From IMG/VR virus record IMGVR_UViG_3300032069_000005, positions 1 through 64,000 of that record: 64,000 bases of DNA; one strand, written 5' to 3'. Shown piece after piece: positions 30,180 to 39,464 of the stretch. Each line of letters begins with the position of its first letter. The stretch's first letter is position 1. Position numbers and translations under genes: made by a program. The notes below the pieces were generated by a model that saw only the letters and a program-made list of their open reading frames with translations, made no database searches and had not been told where the DNA came from. The stretch is from a virus.

Positions 30180-30934
30180 TAAATAAAATCATAAAACAAA
30201 AATATGATAAAATACAAGACAATAAATCACAATCGAAAGAGATAAAAAATTTTAATTTAAAAGATTTAAATATGAAAGAATTGGAATTTCAAATAACTAA
30301 AGAATTTATTGTTAAGAATCATTACAGTCATACAATTTCTTCATCTATAAAAGCAAGTATTGGATTTTTTTATAATAATAAATTAGTTACTGCTATTGTT
30401 TATGGTCATCCAATTGGAATTAATGTTGGTTCTTGGTTGCAAGTTCCTGAAGGAAGTTATGCCGAATTAATTAGAGTTTTTAGTGTTGATGAGTTACCAA
30501 AAAATACGGAAAGTTATTGTTTGGCAAAGTCATTTGAATTTTTGAAGAAAAATAAACCAGAATTAAAATATTTAATTAGTTATGCAGACCCCACTCAAGG
30601 GCACGTAGGTTATATTTATCAAGCAACTAATTGGTATTATGTTGGTAAACAGATAGGAATGGATAGAATTTTTAAAATTGATGGCAAACAAGTTCATAGA
30701 AGAACCGCCAATGCTGCTTATGGAACATCTTCAGTTAAAAAATTATCAGAATTATTAGGCAAAAGATTTGAAGTATCAATAACATATCCAAAACACATTT
30801 ATTTAATGTGTTTGGGTTCTCGTAAAGAAAAAAAAGAATGGTATAATAAATTCAAACAATTACCATATCCTAAAATAATTCAAGAAAAGAGAGAGGAAGA
30901 TAGACAGACAGAAAAACAGGAGGAAGAGAGATGA
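30038..30934 (+). CDS. mom: Mom-like GNAT adenine-modification enzyme, copy 2
   Basis: KNHYSH, ELIRV, PKNTES, ISYADPTQGHVGYIYQATNWYYVG, KHIY, PYPK. Confidence 0.8.
   Translation: MDLSKLSNEELMKIAKISPKFAGEVSKKILLASSEEGGVQVPNPAPNINKIIKQKYDKIQDNKSQSKEIKNFNLKDLNMKELEFQITKEFIVKNHYSHTISSSIKASIGFFYNNKLVTAIVYGHPIGINVGSWLQVPEGSYAELIRVFSVDELPKNTESYCLAKSFEFLKKNKPELKYLISYADPTQGHVGYIYQATNWYYVGKQIGMDRIFKIDGKQVHRRTANAAYGTSSVKKLSELLGKRFEVSITYPKHIYLMCLGSRKEKKEWYNKFKQLPYPKIIQEKREEDRQTEKQEEER
30101..30175 (+). tRNA. non-canonical tRNA-Gly(UCC)-like element embedded in frame in mom copy 2
   Basis: identical 75-nt cloverleaf to 29048-29122. Confidence 0.8.
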
Positions 30935-30936
30935 TA
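30874..30936 (+). repeat. 63-bp direct repeat, copy 2
   Basis: matches 29857-29919. Confidence 0.92.
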
Positions 30937-31194
30937 GTAAAAATTATTCAAGAAAATGGAGCATTGTTTTATGATGGATTTGAAAAAATCAGATATGAAT
31001 ATAAAACCAGTGAAGAAATGGAAACCATCGATACAAACGCTATGTGGATAAACAGTAAGTTGCCTCTGAGCGGAATTTTGATTATAGGTCGTAGAAAACC
31101 GATAATTGGAACTGACCCAGAATTTACTATTAGAACAAATGGGGAGACATATCTTCTTAATGATGAAGGTAAGACGATAGAAAGGATTAGATAA
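30931..31194 (+). CDS. conserved small phage protein
   Basis: ends YLLNDEGKTIERI, a common phage motif. Confidence 0.6.
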   Translation: MIVKIIQENGALFYDGFEKIRYEYKTSEEMETIDTNAMWINSKLPLSGILIIGRRKPIIGTDPEFTIRTNGETYLLNDEGKTIERIR

Positions 31195-31198
31195 AACA

Positions 31199-31777
31199 AT
31201 GATTTCTCTTCTTCTCTCTAAACTTGAAAAGAATCTTGGATTGAAACTTCGTAAGAATGTAATGTGCCTCGGAGTTGATACTGCTTCAACTACTGGACTG
31301 GCTCTTATTTCTACTTTTGGGGGAAAAGCAATAATCGATTATTCTATTTTTAAATTACCCTCAATTCCCCGAAAAATAGCTGACCAAATGTTAAAGGCGG
31401 AAAAATACGAGCAAGCAATGGACAGTGCTCTTAATTTAATTAGAGATTATAAAAAAGAAATGAAAATTAAATCCCCATCTATTTTGATATTGGAGCAATC
31501 TTTTCTTTTAATGAGTCCAGAAACTTTTGGTTATCTTAGAAGTCTTGGGGGTGTTTTCTATTCTGAACTTTATGATTCGTTTGATGAGATAAAATTTTAT
31601 CTTCCTGGAGTTGCAAGAAAATTAGTTGGATTTCACTCAAATTTAAAAAGAGGAACTCCAACAGACCAAAAGAAAAAAGAAATAGTAGATTGGATTTCTA
31701 ATGTAGTAGGAGAAAAGATTAAAGACCATAATATTGCGGATTCCATCCTATTATCACTTGCGGGGATAAGATTATGA
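31199..31777 (+). CDS. ruvC: RuvC-like Holliday junction resolvase
   Basis: LGVDTASTTGLA, ILEQ, DHNIADS RNase H-fold acidic residues. Confidence 0.75.
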   Translation: MISLLLSKLEKNLGLKLRKNVMCLGVDTASTTGLALISTFGGKAIIDYSIFKLPSIPRKIADQMLKAEKYEQAMDSALNLIRDYKKEMKIKSPSILILEQSFLLMSPETFGYLRSLGGVFYSELYDSFDEIKFYLPGVARKLVGFHSNLKRGTPTDQKKKEIVDWISNVVGEKIKDHNIADSILLSLAGIRL

Positions 31778-31840
31778 CAAATTGGAAAGAAGATTTAGAA
31801 AAAAAAGCAATTGAACTCAACATTAAAAAGGAGGAGAAAA

Positions 31841-31939
31841 ATGGTAGTTCTACTCAAGGAAATAGTCGCCTTCGTGATAGGAGTAGTAGCGGGCGGGGGC
31901 GGGATGCTGATTTATCAAACATTCGCAAAGAAAAGTTAA
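31841..31939 (+). CDS. 32-aa single-pass membrane peptide
   Basis: AGGAGGAG SD; MVVLLKEIVAFVIGVVAGGGGMLIYQTFAKKS; different frame from track ORF 31774. Confidence 0.5.
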   Translation: MVVLLKEIVAFVIGVVAGGGGMLIYQTFAKKS

Positions 31940-31962
31940 ATAATGTTAGAGGAGGTGAATTA

Positions 31963-32202
31963 ATGATTTCTAAAGAAGGTGCACTTCGGGACATTGATGG
32001 TATCGTTAGTAAAGGGGAATATATTGATAGGGAAACAAAAAAGACAATAACATTAAATAGTGATTTGGAAAAGTTAGGGGCAATCGTTAAAGTTTTGATT
32101 GTGTTTTTGAATTCAATGAGGTCAAATCAGTTGCTTCCTGAAACAGAAAAGGCTCGCATTTACACCGAAAGAAAAAACAGGAAAGAAACAAATAAACAAT
32201 AA
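31963..32202 (+). CDS. hypothetical protein (likely true start within ORF 31774-32202)
   Basis: GGAGGTG SD before MISKEGAL. Confidence 0.5.
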   Translation: MISKEGALRDIDGIVSKGEYIDRETKKTITLNSDLEKLGAIVKVLIVFLNSMRSNQLLPETEKARIYTERKNRKETNKQ

Positions 32203-32208
32203 CTTAAC

Positions 32209-32236
32209 GAGAGTGATGGTTAATAGCCTCACTCTC
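32209..32236 (+). terminator. intergenic stem-loop
   Basis: GAGAGTGA-TGGTTAATAGCC-TCACTCTC with perfect 8-bp outer stem; no U-tract. Confidence 0.4.
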
Positions 32237-32602
32237 CCAAAAAGGAGTTAAAATGAAGAATTATATTCATATTATAATTCCCAAAAATAAAGAGGTCATT
32301 AAAGCACAAAGAGCAACAATTTCTATTGGAAGAAAGAAATATTATGTTCAGGTTGAAGATATTAAGATTGAATATAAAAATTCGTTTTGTGAAATTGGAA
32401 ATTCCGATATTATCACACAACCCATAGAGCATATTAAAATAAATTTTAAATTATTAAAAAATGAATGATTTAATTTGGTGTCCTAAATTTAAAATAAATG
32501 TTAATCCCGAAATGGAAGAAAATTGTTTAGGGTGTATTTTTTGGGATAAAGAAAAAAAGATATGTTTTTTTGATGAATGGCTTCCAGGATTAAAAAAAGA
32601 AA

Positions 32603-32965
32603 ATGAATAATTTAAAAGATATTTTTGGTGGACTATTAATTTTAACATCTATAGGCGATGCCCTAAAATATACTATCCAGGCAAATAAGATTAGAAAAAC
32701 ACAAACTGCGAAATCAATGTCAAGGAGATTCATTAATCTTGCTTTGCTAAATGATTTTGTGAAATTGGGATATGGATTTGTCATTAAAGATTTATTTATC
32801 ATTACTTCTTCTATGTTGGCATTGGTTTGCATGACGGATTTATTTTGGCAGATTTATTGGTGGTATCCGTATCGCAAAAGAGGGTTAATCAACTTTCGCC
32901 GACCATCTATTTTTATTTATTTAATAAATAGTTTAACCCCGAATAACAGAAGAAAGAGGCTTTAG
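32603..32965 (+). CDS. PQ-loop/SemiSWEET-like small membrane protein
   Basis: Q..KI.KT.TAKSMS, three TM helices, YG..I.D. Confidence 0.55.
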   Translation: MNNLKDIFGGLLILTSIGDALKYTIQANKIRKTQTAKSMSRRFINLALLNDFVKLGYGFVIKDLFIITSSMLALVCMTDLFWQIYWWYPYRKRGLINFRRPSIFIYLINSLTPNNRRKRL

Positions 32966-34000
32966 ATGAATTTATTATTCGCTTCCGATTTTCATATCGA
33001 AGAGCAGAGTTTCGAGGAATTAGAATTGGTTTTTAATGAAATCCTTGAAATCAAAGAAGCTAATAAAATAGATAAAATTATCATTCCTGGGGATTCATTT
33101 GACCGCATTTCGCCCACCTCAAAAGAATTAGATTTTCTTTCTACTTTTATAAAAAAATTAAATTGCCAAATAATTCTAATTGCGGCAAACTCACACGAAA
33201 GCACGACCCAAGAAGATAGTGTCATAAACCACATAGGAATTTTGCGGGATGATATTTTAGTTTGTAAAGAATGGAAGGATGAACACCGTCTTTTCGCTGG
33301 GCACTTTATTGTTAAACAATCTACCAAAAATAAAGGCGGAACAATCAACCAATCAGAATTAAAGGATTATCGGAATGTGGTTTTGGGGCACGGGCATATT
33401 TTCGAGTTGGTAAAACCAAATTTATGCCAACTTGGGAGCATTAGATTTATTAGTTTCGGGGAAGACCCCGCTATTAATAAGAAGGTAGCAATCTGCTATA
33501 ACTATGGTGAAAAAGACCAGGGATGGCAATTTATTGACCTAAAAACGCCCTATCCATTGATAGATATAGAGTTATGTAAAATGAACATTTCCAAAGACCT
33601 TAAAATCGTTCAAAATGACCCCCCAGAGCTTCGCTCCGGTAAGCAAGGGAAAGCTCCGAAACCCATAAACAAAGCCAAAATCGCCCCTTCAAACCCTATG
33701 AATCGCTCTTCATTTGGGGCAGTAGGCGAACTTTGTTCCTTTCTGGATAAAACCAGCCCTAAGAGCAAGGTTAGGGTAGTTTTTAAGGATTATTCAAGTT
33801 GGGTAAATTTCTTACCTTTCTACCAGAGATACAAGGATAAATTCTATGTGATGAGGGATAAGAAGGACTTTTTAGTTACCATAGATAATACTCCAAAAGA
33901 TAATAAAAAAGAAACAATGAGAGAATCATTAATTAAGTGGATGACTACAAATAAGATTGAAGATAAGATACAGAAGATTTTATTAGAGGAAATTAAATGA
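32966..34000 (+). CDS. sbcD: SbcD/Mre11-like nuclease
   Basis: SDFH, GDSFD, SHE, LGHGH, GS...SFGE. Confidence 0.8.
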   Translation: MNLLFASDFHIEEQSFEELELVFNEILEIKEANKIDKIIIPGDSFDRISPTSKELDFLSTFIKKLNCQIILIAANSHESTTQEDSVINHIGILRDDILVCKEWKDEHRLFAGHFIVKQSTKNKGGTINQSELKDYRNVVLGHGHIFELVKPNLCQLGSIRFISFGEDPAINKKVAICYNYGEKDQGWQFIDLKTPYPLIDIELCKMNISKDLKIVQNDPPELRSGKQGKAPKPINKAKIAPSNPMNRSSFGAVGELCSFLDKTSPKSKVRVVFKDYSSWVNFLPFYQRYKDKFYVMRDKKDFLVTIDNTPKDNKKETMRESLIKWMTTNKIEDKIQKILLEEIK

Positions 34001-34156
34001 ACTTAAATCCTTTTCTTATTATAAGTATTTTATTAAATTTTTGTGCATCTGGTTGGTATTTTTATAAATCAGGGATAGTATTAGGTTTATTATTTTTAGG
34101 TTATGCTTTCTGTAGTTTTATTAGTTTATTTTTAAAGGTACAATAAAGGAGACAAT

Positions 34157-34945
34157 ATGGAAATAAAAGAAATGTTAAATAAAATATTTTTAGAAACTAA
34201 AAATGGGTTTGAGTATGTAAAAGAAATTCCCGACAAGAGTATTGATATGATACTTTGCGATTTACCTTATGGCACGACTGCCTGTAAGTGGGATGCCGTT
34301 ATTCCTTTTGAGCCACTCTGGGAACAGTATAAACGAATAATAAAAGACAATGGGGCAATAGTTTTAACAGCTTCACAACCTTTTACCAGTGCTTTGGTGA
34401 TGAGTAATATTAAGATGTTTAAGTATGAGTGGATATGGGAGAAAAACACAGGAGCAGGATTTATCCACGCAAAAAATAGACCACTAAAAAGACACGAAAA
34501 TGTATTAGTTTTTAGCAAAGGAAGTATGGGTCATATAACTTTATTGGGTGAGAAAAGGATGATATACAACCCCCAAAACTTAATAAAACAAAAAACTATC
34601 AGAAAAAATGGTGTAAGTGGAACAACTATTGGCGATAGACCATCACATCACGATAATTTAATTTCAGAATTTATGAATTATCCAACAACAATTCTTAACT
34701 ATAAAAATGATAAGGGTCTCCACCCAACTCAAAAACCAGTAGCCCTATTTGAGTATCTTATTAAAACCTACACCAACGAAGGAGATATTGTTCTTGATAA
34801 TTGTATAGGTAGCGGAACAACTGCTGTAGCGTGTAAAAGATTAAATAGAAATTTTATAGGTATGGAGATTTATCAAAACTACATAGATATTAGTTATAAA
34901 AGATTATCTGAAACAAAACAAGGAGAAGGATTATGTTTGAAATAA
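34157..34945 (+). CDS. beta-class N6-adenine/N4-cytosine DNA methyltransferase
   Basis: DLPY motif IV, HPTQKP, VLDNCIGSGTT motif I. Confidence 0.9.
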   Translation: MEIKEMLNKIFLETKNGFEYVKEIPDKSIDMILCDLPYGTTACKWDAVIPFEPLWEQYKRIIKDNGAIVLTASQPFTSALVMSNIKMFKYEWIWEKNTGAGFIHAKNRPLKRHENVLVFSKGSMGHITLLGEKRMIYNPQNLIKQKTIRKNGVSGTTIGDRPSHHDNLISEFMNYPTTILNYKNDKGLHPTQKPVALFEYLIKTYTNEGDIVLDNCIGSGTTAVACKRLNRNFIGMEIYQNYIDISYKRLSETKQGEGLCLK

Positions 34946-35874
34946 TAGAATATAAAAGTCCAGGGCATCCAGATACTTTAACAGATTTGGTGGTTGAGGA
35001 GTGTGCTACTTTTTTGGATAAGTATTATCTTTCTATTTATAATAAAATTCTGCATTATAATGTTGATAAAGCAGTTTTTCTTGCTGGAGATGCCAGAATT
35101 GATTTTAAAGATTGGAAAATAATAAAGCAACCTTGTTTTATTTTGGCAGGACAAGTTAGTAAAATAACAAAAGATTTAAAATGTGGATTAACTGATATAA
35201 TAGAAAAAACAATAAAAAAATACTTGCCTAATCTTAAACAATTCAAAATAGAAATTAGATGTAATAATGTTGTTGCTAATCTTTCTAACATAGCAGAATC
35301 AAAAGAAATACTTGCTAATGATACTTCATTTGGAGTAGGCTATTATCCTTATTCTAAATCAGAACAAAAAGTTTTTGCTATTAAAAAAGAATTGGATGAA
35401 ATGATTGCTTTACAACAAATACCCATTGGCGAACTTTATAAAATAATGTATACCCCTAAAACTATAAGTATTTCTGCTCCGCTTTATGTTCAACGAGTTC
35501 ATAATAGAAAAGAATACGCCAAATATAAGAAACAAATAGAAAAGAAAGTATCTAAGTATGGAAAAATTATTTTTAATCCTGATTTTGAAAATGGATTTCC
35601 TTATTTAACAATTACAGGAAGTAGTATTGAATGTGGAGACGATGGACAAGTGGGAAGAGGAAATAGATACAATAATTTAATTACTCCCTGCCGACCAATG
35701 ACCATAGAAGCATATCATGGAAAAAATAATAAAAATCACGTTGGTAAATTATATAGTAAAATGGCTTTTGAAAGAGCAAAAGAAATCTATGAAAAAACTG
35801 GAAAATATACAGAAGTCATTTTAGTTAGTAAAATAGGCAAAGCGATAGCCGATTATGAAGAATATATAAAATGA
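34933..35874 (+). CDS. metK: archaeal-type S-adenosylmethionine synthetase
   Basis: GHPDTL, LHYNVDK, ANDTSFGVGY, YLTITGSSIECGDDGQVGRGNR, GKN..NHVGKLY. Confidence 0.85.
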   Translation: MFEIIEYKSPGHPDTLTDLVVEECATFLDKYYLSIYNKILHYNVDKAVFLAGDARIDFKDWKIIKQPCFILAGQVSKITKDLKCGLTDIIEKTIKKYLPNLKQFKIEIRCNNVVANLSNIAESKEILANDTSFGVGYYPYSKSEQKVFAIKKELDEMIALQQIPIGELYKIMYTPKTISISAPLYVQRVHNRKEYAKYKKQIEKKVSKYGKIIFNPDFENGFPYLTITGSSIECGDDGQVGRGNRYNNLITPCRPMTIEAYHGKNNKNHVGKLYSKMAFERAKEIYEKTGKYTEVILVSKIGKAIADYEEYIK

Positions 35875-37958
35875 AACTCACCAAACTCAAATTAACTAAT
35901 ATTGGACTTTTCAAAGAAGGAACTTTAATTCCTCAACAAATTAATCTTATTAAAGGAATTAATTGCGATAATCCAAAAAATAGTTCCAATGGATGTGGGA
36001 AATCTACTCTTTTTAAAATCGCTTTATTATTTGGATTATTTGGAGAAACTTGCGGAAGAAAACTTGAACGAATAATTCATTCCGGTGCGAAAACTGCGGA
36101 AGTAGAATTGGAAATAACTCACGGCAGCAACATCATTCGCATTATTAGAAAAATCCCAACCAAATTACAGGTCTTTGTTAATGGCATAGATAGGGAATTT
36201 AATTCTTCTACAATCGCACAGAATTATCTTAATGAGATTTTTGGAGATTTTACTTTCTTTAAGAAGTATTGTTTAGTTGATACTAAATCCATTAACTTAT
36301 TAGATTCCTTAGATGATAGTAGGTCGATTGTTTCTTTTAAAAAGGAACTAATGGGTTTCATTGATACCGAATTCGCTCCGCACAGGGAATCATTATTAGG
36401 CAAAAAGAATGACCGAGAACTCTATTCAGTCGATAAGCGACTGTATAAATTTCATCTTTCCAAAAAGAGATTAGAGATACTCGAAAACGGGCTTGAAAGA
36501 ATTAAAGAAGAACTCAATAATGTTAATCGAGATAGAGAAATACAGCAGCAATCAATCAATCAATTGAGTGGGGAGATTACTTCTTCTGAATCTAAAATAG
36601 AATTTTTATATAATAAGGAAAGTGAAAATTTAAATAATATAGAACAGTGCAATGGGTTTGTTGAGGACAACAAAACGATAATAGAAAAATTAAATAATCT
36701 TCCGAAGCAAGAAAAAATAGCTGTAATTGATTATGATAAAGATTTATCTATAGCAGAAAAAAAATCGGAATCATTAAATCAAGAATTAAAAGAAAACGAA
36801 AAGAAGATAGACTTAGTTAAAAAGGATATTGAAAAAATTAATTTCCAGATTCATTCAGCCGAAAATGATTTAAGCAAGTATAATAATGATAAAGTAAAGT
36901 TAAATAAAGAAATCATTGGATTGGATAATGTTAAAATAGGAACGAAATGTGATAAGTGCGGTTCTCTTGTTTCAATAGAATATCGGGACAGTTATCGAAA
37001 AGATAAAACTAATGAAATTGAGGATATAATAAAAAAAGAAATTCTATTAAAGAATTCTTTAATTGAATTGCAGAATTCGCTTACTACAAAAAATAATGAA
37101 TTAAAATCATTAATTAATCGGAAATCGCTTGTGAGTGATAATATTGAAGTCATTAAAAAAGATATTAAAGAATTAAATAACAAAAAATTCGCACAAGCAG
37201 AGGCAGTAAAAAAACAGGAAAACTCGGCTACCCAGATTACAACTGATATTGAAAAACATCAAAATTCAATAAAAATATCCGAAGAACAGATAAAAAAATA
37301 TCTTAACCACAATATCGAAATAAAGAAAGAAATCTCTGAACTAAAAATTACTATTGAATCTAACAAAACTAAATTATCCGAAGAAAGTAATTGTATAGAT
37401 TATTACAATGATTTGTATAATGGAATACAACATAAAGAAACCAGGACTAAAGATTGTATAATGAAACTCAAAGAGGCATTTAAATTTTCGGATTATAAAT
37501 ACACTAAAGAAGATATTCGGCTCTATGCCGATTCAATTAAGACCCTGGATGCCTTTTCCGGCTACTATATACAGGAATGGATGAATAATTTGTCATTTAT
37601 TATTAATGACCTTTTAAAAGATTTAAATCTATCAATTGAATTAACCGATGAAAAAGAATTCCTAAAAATAAAAGACGGAGAAGAAGAACTTACTTATGCG
37701 GATTTAAGTGATGGGCAAAGGATTTTCTTTTCTGGAATATTTAAATTGGCGATTTTATTGAAAAAAGGCGAATCTGATGGAATAATTATAATGGATGATG
37801 GATTGGGATGTTTAGATAAAATTAATTTTAAAAATTTAATAGATATTTGCCAGAATCTCCCATTTCAGCTTTTTGCGGTTTTTCAGGATTTGCCAATAAT
37901 CGAAAATGTCAATGAATTTATAATAGAAAGAAAAAATGGTGAAAGCAAAATCATATAA
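35871..37958 (+). CDS. sbcC: SbcC/Rad50-like SMC ATPase
   Basis: NGCGKST Walker A, long coiled coil with CDKC zinc hook, LSDGQ signature, IMDD Walker B. Confidence 0.88.
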   Translation: MKLTKLKLTNIGLFKEGTLIPQQINLIKGINCDNPKNSSNGCGKSTLFKIALLFGLFGETCGRKLERIIHSGAKTAEVELEITHGSNIIRIIRKIPTKLQVFVNGIDREFNSSTIAQNYLNEIFGDFTFFKKYCLVDTKSINLLDSLDDSRSIVSFKKELMGFIDTEFAPHRESLLGKKNDRELYSVDKRLYKFHLSKKRLEILENGLERIKEELNNVNRDREIQQQSINQLSGEITSSESKIEFLYNKESENLNNIEQCNGFVEDNKTIIEKLNNLPKQEKIAVIDYDKDLSIAEKKSESLNQELKENEKKIDLVKKDIEKINFQIHSAENDLSKYNNDKVKLNKEIIGLDNVKIGTKCDKCGSLVSIEYRDSYRKDKTNEIEDIIKKEILLKNSLIELQNSLTTKNNELKSLINRKSLVSDNIEVIKKDIKELNNKKFAQAEAVKKQENSATQITTDIEKHQNSIKISEEQIKKYLNHNIEIKKEISELKITIESNKTKLSEESNCIDYYNDLYNGIQHKETRTKDCIMKLKEAFKFSDYKYTKEDIRLYADSIKTLDAFSGYYIQEWMNNLSFIINDLLKDLNLSIELTDEKEFLKIKDGEEELTYADLSDGQRIFFSGIFKLAILLKKGESDGIIIMDDGLGCLDKINFKNLIDICQNLPFQLFAVFQDLPIIENVNEFIIERKNGESKII

Positions 37959-38592
37959 CAATAATTCTAATAGAAATTCCCATAGGAAAACAAATCGATG
38001 CTGTGATTGTGGGAAAAAAATACTCAAAATATCTGTTCGATGTTATAAATGTTTTAGGAAAGGAAAATTAAATCCTATGTTTGGAACTCATAAATTTTAT
38101 GGTAAAAGATTACCTTCAGAAATATTATTTAAAATCAGAAAAGTTTTAAAAGGAAAAGACCATCCGAGTTTTGCAGGGGGAAAGCCCAGGTGTATGGTTT
38201 GCGGAAAAAGATTGAGTAGTTATGGATGTATAAGATGCAGATTTCATAAAGATAAATATTATAGCGGAAAGCGAAGTCCCAGATTTGGGAAAATCGCACA
38301 TCCCAAATATATTAAATATAAAAACATTTGGTTTCATTCTTCTTATGAAGTAGCATATGCAAGATATTTGGACTATAATAATATTAAATGGCAATACGAA
38401 CCCGAAACTTTTAATTTAGGAAACACCACCTATACTCCAGATTTTTATTTGCCAAAGTTTAATCTTTATATCGAGATAAAGGGATTTTGGAGAGAAGATT
38501 CTAAAAAGAAATATATTAAATTTAAACAAAAGAATACGATTGTGTTGTTAAATCAATCAAAATTACATAATTTAGGAATAATGGTTAAATAA
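37936..38592 (+). CDS. NUMOD3/zinc-ribbon PD-(D/E)XK homing endonuclease
   Basis: GKLNPMFG, SSYE, YEP, YTPDFYLP, IEIKG. Confidence 0.75.
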   Translation: MVKAKSYNNNSNRNSHRKTNRCCDCGKKILKISVRCYKCFRKGKLNPMFGTHKFYGKRLPSEILFKIRKVLKGKDHPSFAGGKPRCMVCGKRLSSYGCIRCRFHKDKYYSGKRSPRFGKIAHPKYIKYKNIWFHSSYEVAYARYLDYNNIKWQYEPETFNLGNTTYTPDFYLPKFNLYIEIKGFWREDSKKKYIKFKQKNTIVLLNQSKLHNLGIMVK

Positions 38593-39039
38593 ATGATTAA
38601 AATAGAAAAGATATATAATATTCTTAAAGAAAATATCCCCAATAGACTAATTATTCCTATTATAATTTTTCCTACAACAGAAGAAATGTTAAAACAAGAA
38701 GCAAATGAATTATTTCGTGATTATCAAGAATTAGTAGAGTCATATAGTAGACAATATAGGGCAGAGAATTATCTTGATACTCCTTACTGTAGACACATTG
38801 TCAATAAACATAAAATAAATGCCTTTAATATTAATATGTTAGCGACTAATCCTATAAAAATATCTTTTGAAAATGTAGAATGTAGACCTGAAAGAGAAAT
38901 TGCATTTCTTTTATTACACGAATTCGGTCATTTGGCTATGGCGAAAGCAGGAAAATATCGAGATGAAATATTAGCAGATAAATTTGCTATTGTATGGACT
39001 AAAAGATTAATAGATAAAGGATTAATAAAAAATGATTAA
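38593..39039 (+). CDS. HEXXH zinc metallopeptidase-like protein
   Basis: LLHEFGH and E..ADKFA. Confidence 0.6.
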   Translation: MIKIEKIYNILKENIPNRLIIPIIIFPTTEEMLKQEANELFRDYQELVESYSRQYRAENYLDTPYCRHIVNKHKINAFNINMLATNPIKISFENVECRPEREIAFLLLHEFGHLAMAKAGKYRDEILADKFAIVWTKRLIDKGLIKND

Positions 39040-39463
39040 ACAATTCATTTATATGATAATTATGGCAATTATTTATAGCCTACTTGAAATTCAAGTTGAA
39101 GGGAGAGATGGCTGGTGCAGAAACCTGCCCACATTTCGCATCAATGTGTTCTTTAGAAAAATATTGGGTGGAAAGCCATTAACAGGATACCATCTTTATT
39201 TACTTATTTTTATGAGTATTGTATTTCACGGATTATTCTTAGGAGAAATATATTCTTATAAGATAAGTTGTAGAGCATTTGGTTTAATGAGTTATTTTTT
39301 TGTATTAGAAGATGGATTGTGGTTTATCTTCAATCCGCATTACTCTATTATAAGATTCAACAAAAAAAATGTAGATTGGCATAAAAGATGGGTCTGGGGC
39401 ATACCGCTAACCTATTATTGGGGAATAATTATAGGAACTGGATTATTAATTCTTGGGAGGTAG
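39032..39463 (+). CDS. multi-pass membrane protein
   Basis: EIQVEG..GW...LPT and EDGLWFIFNP; 3-4 TM helices. Confidence 0.55.
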   Translation: MIKQFIYMIIMAIIYSLLEIQVEGRDGWCRNLPTFRINVFFRKILGGKPLTGYHLYLLIFMSIVFHGLFLGEIYSYKISCRAFGLMSYFFVLEDGLWFIFNPHYSIIRFNKKNVDWHKRWVWGIPLTYYWGIIIGTGLLILGR

Positions 39464-39464
39464 A

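Noticed and set aside
21925-35874. Archaeal virus assignment based on PolB, AEP primase and archaeal-type MAT
   Set aside because: Sigma-like factor, -35/-10 promoters, peptide deformylase, RecA/RuvB and a U73 tRNA-Gly favour a bacterial host; the host remains unproven
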